DNA of 64,000 nt, taken from the NCBI GenBank assembly GCA_040285825.1, contig JAUPSS010000007.1:1016501-1080500 (forward strand). The letters are read 5' to 3'. The stretch is from Eukaryota sp. TZLM1-RC. Its lineage: Eukaryota > Protista > Metamonada: BaSk clade. Within the stretch, counting starts at the first letter, position 1; each line of letters starts with the position of its first letter. Below, in pieces: positions 56,400 to 64,000 of this stretch. Below the pieces are notes generated by a model. It made no database searches. It had not been told where the DNA came from and saw only the letters and a program-made list of their open reading frames with translations. The position numbers and the translations under genes were made by a program.

Positions 56400-57500
56400 A
56401 TGCTCATCACCATCCTCGTCCTCTTGATCACTGCAATCTTCATAAAATACATTCTATCACGCAGATCGGAACCTCCACCTCAACCCAAACCTCTGTCTGT
56501 TCCACCAGCCAAACCCTCCACCAAGAAAGTAGAATCTACCAGACGTCATTCAGCTGTGAATAAGCCAAAGGATGATCGTAGCTACTGTACCCTCAAAATG
56601 GGGAAAAAGGTAAACGACTTTGACTTTGTTAATGACCACATACTGGTCCTTTCCGAACGTGCGATTAAACTATTTGAATACAAATCGACTCCTCCCAAGT
56701 TCCACACAATCCGATCGATCGGACTCCCTGAGAAGTGTGGAGCAATCAGTGATCTAATGACTGTCTCTTTTGGTCATGGTGACGTGATCTTCTACAACCG
56801 ACAGGGAGAGGAGATTCACACTTTGCATACCCCCTTGCCAATTGGAACAGCATGGATGCAACTTTCTGATCATCTGTTAGTTCTAGGTTCAACTACTGAA
56901 ACGGTAGTATTTGACATTGAGAATAGATTCCAAGAATTATGGCGAGGAAAGCCTTCGAGGCTGAGAAATTCTGGGATTGGATGTGGGTTATTAACTGATC
57001 AATCAAGTGGCAATCAGTTTCCTTTCTGGATTATTTCTGGATTTAGTCCAGATTTAGATTTCATTATCAAAAATCCAAAAAGCAAGACTGGAATGGACCA
57101 TAAATCCATAATTACTAAGCTGAGTTCGGCAGTTTTATTTGTCGCAGTCGATACTAACCTAGTTGCCGTTTTGTCAACTTCCGAAGTCAAGGTTTTTGAC
57201 CTCAATGTCAGAGTGTTTCAAGATGAAAGCCCAAAATTATTATCCTCTTTGAAGGTTTCCAAATTTGTTGATAAAATGACTTTAAGAGGTATTGCTGTCA
57301 ATAGTAAAGCAAATAGAGTGGTGTTATTTAGTAGTAATAGATTCGTTGTGGTAGATTTAATGAGCCAAGAATTGTTAATGGATTATTCTACATTATTTGA
57401 TTTCTCTTGTTGTAAGTTGTCACACTGTGGAAATTTTGTCGGAATAGATCAAAAAACCAATGTGATGTTAGTTAAGATTGAACGAGTTGAATCTTATTAA
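56400..57500 (+). CDS. Membrane-anchored WD40 protein, transducin beta-like 2 (TBL2)-like (366 aa)
   Basis: N-terminal TM anchor, basic/Pro linker, beta-propeller; SGFSPDL, SAVLFVA and VKVFDLNVRVFQDESPKLL resemble TBL2 GFTPDV, AAVHSFA and WKLWDTDVEYKKKQDPYLL as I recall them. Confidence 0.65.
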   Translation: MLITILVLLITAIFIKYILSRRSEPPPQPKPLSVPPAKPSTKKVESTRRHSAVNKPKDDRSYCTLKMGKKVNDFDFVNDHILVLSERAIKLFEYKSTPPKFHTIRSIGLPEKCGAISDLMTVSFGHGDVIFYNRQGEEIHTLHTPLPIGTAWMQLSDHLLVLGSTTETVVFDIENRFQELWRGKPSRLRNSGIGCGLLTDQSSGNQFPFWIISGFSPDLDFIIKNPKSKTGMDHKSIITKLSSAVLFVAVDTNLVAVLSTSEVKVFDLNVRVFQDESPKLLSSLKVSKFVDKMTLRGIAVNSKANRVVLFSSNRFVVVDLMSQELLMDYSTLFDFSCCKLSHCGNFVGIDQKTNVMLVKIERVESY

Positions 57501-58402
57501 GTAGGGTGATTTAGGAATAAATAAATTTTGCTTGATTTTTGTTTTATCAGAATTATCATGGTTAGAGAACCCAAATTTAGCTGGTGAAGAAGCTGTTGGA
57601 CATAATCCATGGAGAAAGTTTCCATAAGTACACGCTCAATTTTAGTGTAGAATGATACCATTATCTATCAATAAAGCACTGAAGCCTTCCATTACCGTTC
57701 ATTCTGGCTTTTGTAATTGCAAACATATTCAGACAAGCCAGCTTATATGAATTGAAAAGCTTTGTTGAACCATTGTTACCGAATTTACAACTCTCAATAT
57801 CACAAGCAAATCAACCATGGCATGCAGAAATTGGAATCTTTTTTCTCTTATACAAATTGGGCTTGTTCCACAATCAGCAAATGTAGAAAGCTTTTCAAAA
57901 CACACAAGGCATTTTACTGAAGTTTAGGCTTTGCTTAAATCCATCCACCTCATGATTGGTCTGTGATTTTTCAAATTTTTATAGACGATTTTACCATAAC
58001 AAATAATTATGATTGAAGTGTCTTCTGGCTTGCCAAAGTGCTGAACAAGGTCTCTTAACAACCGAAATCCAGTCTTTGCTTGTCAATAAAAGCTTGCTTT
58101 GTAATTGCTTCTGTATTTAGCACGGTTACCCATTCAGAGAAGAGGATGTTATAGAAATCTGACATTGGTTAGTTGTGTTCATATGTGCAATTCTGAAACA
58201 GCCAGCAATTTCACAAGGTGCTTGAATGAACACTAATGAAAGGTAAATGCAGAACTGATTAAATTGATTTTGTCTAATGTTTGTTTCAAATATGATATAT
58301 CACAATAAGTATAAAAAATTGGACTTTGTAATTGTAACAAAATACAGTAATTACAATTTATTGATAAACAAAGATAAATATCAAAAAGTACTCGACAAAC
58401 AA

Positions 58403-59405
58403 TTATTGTTCTAATTGTTGTTGTAACCAAGCTACACAAGCCATTTCAGTCCACATTCTATTTTCAGCTTCATCAAAAATGACCGACTGAGGACCATCAA
58501 TAACTTCAGCATCTACTTCAACACCACGGGAAGCAGGGAGACAATGCAAGAAGAGAGCATCAGACTTGGCATGACTCATTAGCTCTTGGGTAACACGGTA
58601 AGACTTGAAATGTTCAAGGCGTTCCTGTTCTTCTTCCTTGGAGATGTGATAAGACATCCAAGAGTCAGTGTAAACGACGTCAGCACCTTTGACTGCTTCC
58701 TTGGGATCATGAGTAATGGTGTACTTTCCACCATACTTCCTGACAAGGGCATCAAGTTCTTGAATAACAGATTCTTCCACTTCAAACTTCTCACCAGTGG
58801 GTCCAGCTACGCTACATTCAACACCTAGAATGATTGAAGCCCTGAGGATATCGTAGGTAACATTGTTGGCAATATCTTTGATTAGAAAAGAATAACGAAG
58901 ACAAACCTCCAACATAACTGAACTTGAGTCCTTCAAGTTGTCCCTTGTGTTCACGAACGGTTAAGAAATCGGCCAACATTTGCATAGGATGGGCATAGTC
59001 ATCTAGTGCGTTGATGACGGGGATGGTTGAATACTTCGCAAGTTCACGGAGATCCTCCTTTCTGTTGACACGGGCCATAACATATTCGACCATGCGGCTA
59101 AGGACGTTGGCAGTATCGGCGTAAGTTTCCTTAACACCCAAAGGAGATCCTTTAATATCATAGTAAATAGCGTGACCTGTGGTAAATACAGCGAGTTAGT
59201 ACAAACCTCCCAAGCGGGTCATTCCGGTTTCAAAGGAAACACGCGTACGAAGAGAAGGCTTTTCAAAAAGCATGAGTAGGGTCTTTCCTTCTAAGGTGGA
59301 AGTGAACTTCTTGGGATTGGTTTTCATTTCCTTGGCTAAGTCAAGGACTTGGAGGAACTCTTCACGAGTAAAGTCAGATGCTGAAAGGATGTGACGGAGA
59401 GGCAT
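58403..59405 (-). CDS. OTC: Ornithine carbamoyltransferase (join 59405-59207, 59176-58907, 58875-58403)
   Basis: FEKPSLRTR, HPMQMLAD, YVG|DIANNV, YTDSWMSY, FLHCLP, EAENR; two introns restore a single frame. Confidence 0.96.
58876..58906 (-). other. 31-nt spliceosomal intron (OTC intron 2)
   Basis: GTTTGT...CTAATCAAAG; restores the conserved GD..NNV. Confidence 0.93.
59177..59206 (-). other. 30-nt spliceosomal intron (OTC intron 1)
   Basis: GTTTGT...TTTACCACAG; contains an in-frame TAA; removal restores LGGHAIY. Confidence 0.93.
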
Positions 59406-59974
59406 CTGTGATGAGATCGGATAAATCGTAGAGTATATACGTTGTAGAATGATGGAAAGTGGAATTCTTCATCAGTCCCTTTTTTTGATAAAATTGCAGC
59501 GTCATGTTGTGTTACTTTGTTGACCTCTGAAGAATTCAAACCCATAACATCCATTTTGGAATGGCTTTTCATTTCACATCGTGGTTTGTTGGAATTCAAG
59601 TTTGCAATTGCTCAGCAAAACAACATGAATGAACTACAACTTTATTGTAAAATTATTGACAGTATCACAAAATGACCACTGTCAAAGAAACAAAAATCTA
59701 TCAGGTCTCAAGAGACAAATGGTTTTTTTGCTCAAAACAGAAACTACAACTTTTCTTATCCCAAATCATTTAGCTTTGCTCTTCACTTTCCATCTTTAGC
59801 AAATGTAAAAAATATCTGGAACATTCAAGAAGAATTTTTCAGATATGTGCTCTTGAATAGGTCAACAATGTAAAATTATTACACGTTGCGTTGATTTATT
59901 ATGGCCGAAATTTTCAAAAAGCTATCGATTTTCACTTCTATTCTATATTAAGGAAATTTTTGTGAACTATATTT

Positions 59975-60480
59975 TGAAACATTAACACTATCTCTGATTA
60001 ATTTTAGTTCTGATGATAAAGGTGATGTATACTGTGATTGGATTGATGATTCAGAAGCAATTGTTGACTTTGTCTCATGTAGTGTTGCAAATGATACTTT
60101 GGTTCACAGAAGAAAACTTAATCCTGTAGTGCGCTTGATCTTAAAGCAGAAGGCAAAAACATAGAAAATTTGATAAAGATATTGAAGAGGCTAATGCCGA
60201 TAGAAATACACAGCTAGTTTTATTGCTTTCCCATTTTCGATAAACAGAAGATTATCAGTTGAAGCAGAAACTTTTTTGAATGACTTCCAAACAATGGTTT
60301 TATAAAACACAATGAAAAGATTTGTTATTTTTGATGACGTTCTCAGATTAAATTTGCCATTATTCATAGATTACCTCGGTTTTTCAATCGAATAGGAGGA
60401 GCTTTAGTTAGACAGCAAGCAGATCAAAATTTTTTAGAGGAAATTTTGGTTCAATGATATTCGTCCACATTAGTTATGAA
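59975..60480 (+). mobile_element. Short degenerate family A 3' fragment
   Basis: Matches ~55825-56320 with indels. Confidence 0.85.
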
Positions 60481-60836
60481 TGTAAATTTCAAACTAAAAT
60501 TTGAATAATGTTGTGGAAAGTTTGAGCAATAAGAAGAACTTCGAAGAATAAAAACTAGCATACTGAACTATACTCTGTTCCAAACACTATCGTATGTTTT
60601 GAGAATATACTACTGTACCCAAGCACATAATGACAAATCATGAAAAACAAATCAAAACATTTGTCTTCAATTCATCTGAAACAACAGGTTGGATAATGAA
60701 ACCAAATAATATACTAGTTGAAGTGCATCGTACTTCTTTTTTTCACTTCATTGCTTTGTTCTGTAACATTGAAGAAACAAAAATAATAATTTATTTTTTA
60801 AAAAATAAAATAAAAAAATAAGGGCAAAAAATAAGA

Positions 60837-63800
60837 CTATTGATGATCAGATGCATCATCCTCAACATCAACATCAACCATCTCTTCAGACTCATCCATT
60901 AATTCTTCTTCTTCTAAATCTTCAACACTTTCAGATCCATTGTTGATTAGGTTTTCCAAGTCTTCAGGACCTAATTCTTTATTGGAATTATCTTCCTCAA
61001 TGGTGACCTCTTCTTGTTCTGATTCCTCTCTGTCTGGATTGTCAACCTTTTCTTCAATTACTTCAACTGCATCAACCTTGATCATTTCCACATCATCGCT
61101 GGAAACAAAATTTGCCTTGAAAGTTGTTTTCTCAATGAGCCTATCCAAAGCATAAAGAGTAGAAGGTAGTAAAAACATTACAAAACAAAGAGAAATTGCA
61201 GTACCTCTGAGTAAAAGGAAACCAACGTCAACAGTGGTGGGTTGATTTGAGACCAAGGAAACCGAAAATCCAGCGGAAAGGAGCTTAAGTTAAATTATAG
61301 ATGTTGAAACATACAATTATACCAGAAGTGAGCATTGTTGGGAGAGACGAATACAACGCTTTTTTCAACGCAAGTTTCTTACTGCATTCCTTTCTTCTTT
61401 CAATATAAGAAGCAGTTAAAAGAATACCGTAATCAATAGTTGCACCCATTTGAATTGATGAGATGATAAGAGTAGCCAGAAAGTAAAACCTTTGATCAAT
61501 TACTACTGAAATAGCCTGATTTGCCCAAATAGCACCTTGAATAATAAAAATAAGAATTACTGGAACAGAAATTGACCTAAAGGCAATAAAAATAAGGGAC
61601 AAAACAGAAATGATAATAATAAATGTGATTTTCATCTCGTCAGCACCAAAAGAATCCTTAATGTCGTAGGAGGTGATAATTGTCCCCGCAACATAGCTAT
61701 CGTCACCAAGAATAGGGCTAACATTTTCCCTCAAGAACTCTACCAAATTCCAGACATCGTCCCCTTCAGCATCAACGTCAAAGTAAAGAATTACCCTTCT
61801 GGTTTGCTGACCAATAAAAGATTGCTTGCCATCAACCATTGATTGATGTTGATCAATTAATTGTTGTTTTTCAGCTTCTGTCATGCTACCACCAATTAGA
61901 GGATTGTCAAGTTGATCGTGGATTAAGGAAAAGATATCGAATAGAGGAACAACTTCAACTTCGAGAGAGGTGTTTTCAACGAAATACATTGAATATATAA
62001 GAGAAGACTTATCCTTTTCAACTTGCAATGCATCAGCAAATTGTTCGTGTTCAAGCGGCACATTTCGAATTTGGACAAGATCATAAGTTGCTTCAAATTC
62101 TACCTTTTCTTCTTCAGACAGGTCAAGTATATCATTCTCAACCCATGTTTTGAATTCATCAAAAACTTCTTCCAAAACCACTGGAACAGAGGGATCAAAA
62201 TCATTGTTGAAAATGGCTGCATTTGCTTCATTCTGAATAGTCTGCAAATCTTTAGTGTAATCATAATCATCTTTTGTATGTGTAAAGAAGACAAGAGTCA
62301 TTAAAGATTCTTCACTTCCCAAAAAAGTAGCGGCTGTGGCGGTATCGACTGGGTTTGGCAGGTTAGCCAAAAGAGTGTTAAGTTCCGAAATACCTTCCAT
62401 GGGAAATTCGGCTGATTTGCTATCAAGGAACCCAACAATGTTGGCTAAACTTACAGCTGAATTATCGAGAGAATCATGATTTAAATGGTACAAGTAGAAA
62501 AACATTCTGGCTTGGTCTAAATCAAACCCCATTTCGCTCATTGCAGTGGGATTGACTGGCATTCCTATGGTGTTCGAGTAAGCCCGATGGTACAAGAAAG
62601 AAGATTGCTCATCAACTTTGAATTCACCAACTTTTTGAACCAAGCTATTTTCAGCGGCAAAGGTGTCGTCTACATTGAAGGGATCATAAAGCACCATTAC
62701 CTGTTCAGACTGCCCAAACACACTGATGATTTCCAGTTCATCATCAATGGAAGGTACTTCAGAGAATCCATGAACAATGTTTTGTTGGACAACAAAAGCA
62801 GAGATTACTATTAATACAGTGAATAAGGGAATAACTTTGTTTCCTTTAATAGAAACCTTAGCTAGGAATTCACCACTGAAACGAAGAGGAGTTTTCTTGG
62901 TTTTCTGGCAAATTCTATCAAAAACAATCATTAAACCTGGTAAAATAGAAAACACCGAGCAAAGGGCAAAAAACACCCCTTTTGCCATCACAGCACCAAT
63001 ATCAAAACCAACACCAAACGACATAACAGTAAGGGAAAGCATACCTGCCACAGTGGTAAGGGAAGAGCTTGCAATGGGAATAATTGATTTAGAAAGAGCT
63101 TCAATCATGGCCTCTTCCTTTGTTTCAAATCTGTCTTCTTCTTCATGGTAACGGTTGAGTAACATAATGAAATAGTCCATAGAGAGACCTAGAATTAAAA
63201 CACTCGAGATTGATTCTGTAATAAAAGAAACATGTTCAAAGATGATATTAGTCCCCATATTTAAAATAACAGCTACAGAAATAACAATTGCAAAAATAAC
63301 AGGTTCAAAAAAGGAAGAAGAAGAAATGGTTAGAATTCCAAAAACTATTAATCCAGCAACAGTGATCATTTGGGGTAATTCAGTTTCAACAGTCTCTCTC
63401 ATCATCTGTTCAACAATCGCACCTCCTCCAAGGTAGGGATTGTAGTCTTCAAGCTTGGAGCGGATGTCATTGATGGTATCTTCGGCTTCAGGAGAGCTAT
63501 TATCTTCCGTGAGCGAAACAACGTAGAGGGCAGTGTCATCTTTATAGTGCATGTTATCTTCTGGGTCAAATACGATGGAATCTACGTGGGGTAGGTCTGA
63601 CAGTTGTTGGAGAATGGAGAGTGCGGTAGGAACATCGATGTCTTTGATCATAACTCTGAGGGAACCACCCATTGCCGGGTAATCCTCACGGACAATGTCG
63701 AGTGCGATAGAGGTTTCAGAATCTTCGGGAAGGTATACAGCCATGTCATAATTGATAGAAACATGGGTAGAGAGCCATGCGGAAGTAGCAACCAACAGTG

Positions 63801-63858
63801 CGACGATGGAAAAAATGATACGGCGTTTCTTGACGATAAACGTTGCAAGCTTTTCCAT
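60837..63858 (-). CDS. Bacterial-type MMPL/RND-superfamily transporter, ~996 aa (join 63858-61315, 61283-60837)
   Basis: Two 1+5 TM repeats with large loops; INYDMAVYLPEDS, GLSMDYFIMLLNRYHEE, QMGATIDYGILL; last helices and an acidic tail lie in exon 2. Confidence 0.9.
61284..61314 (-). other. 31-nt spliceosomal intron in the MMPL gene
   Basis: GTATGT...TTTAACTTAAG; joins TSGII to LLSAGFSVSLVS in frame. Confidence 0.9.
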
Positions 63859-64000
63859 GTCCACTGAAAGGTAGGAAGTTGACGTGAGTTTTGATTGTAA
63901 AAATATGCAATGGGTCGATACGTCATCATCACGTTATCATTCCATCATCAAATTGGATGAATGTTTATCATCAAAGAACAGCTTGCTGATTGAAGGTGTA

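Noticed and set aside
59195-59201. TACTAAC in OTC intron 1 as the branchpoint
   Set aside because: It overlaps the 5' splice site region; the -7 A shared by all introns is the more consistent branch candidate.
23-63932. Numerous 60-160 aa ORFs antisense to or overlapping the genes and TEs above
   Set aside because: Shadow ORFs of real coding sequence or repeats, with no independent support.

Overview
AT-rich eukaryotic (protist-type) DNA in the standard genetic code, with single genes alternating with blocks of decayed retrotransposons (roughly 40% of the window by my estimate). Mobile DNA: two related Ty3/gypsy LTR retrotransposons (a near-intact one running off the left edge, and a dead chromodomain-bearing copy at 38.7-45.4 kb with 157-bp LTRs), plus about 16 fragments of at least 4-5 CRE-like RT + restriction-like-endonuclease non-LTR families. 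Host genes: BTB-SPRY, a 1485-aa surface protein, a RING/B-box TRIM-like protein, tRNA-Glu(TTC), two LRR proteins, a Sec-containing selenophosphate synthetase (in-frame UGA and GUGA-type SECIS, truncated in the ORF track), an FG-GAP-motif secreted protein, a PfkB kinase, a two-domain Cys-rich secreted peptide precursor, a TBL2-like WD40 protein, ornithine carbamoyltransferase and a bacterial-type MMPL/RND transporter. Five tiny (28-31 nt) GT-AG introns, all with an A at -7 from the 3' end, repair four genes. A fixed branchpoint-3'SS spacing together with OTC suggests a metamonad-like anaerobic flagellate (inference only). The most novel signal is that both LTR elements lack a recognisable tRNA primer-binding site and instead carry a perfect 12-nt palindrome, CAATA-NN-TATTG, overlapping the terminal CA of the 5' LTR, with a compensatory centre (AT vs CG). 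This is a candidate tRNA-independent priming or dimerisation mechanism.
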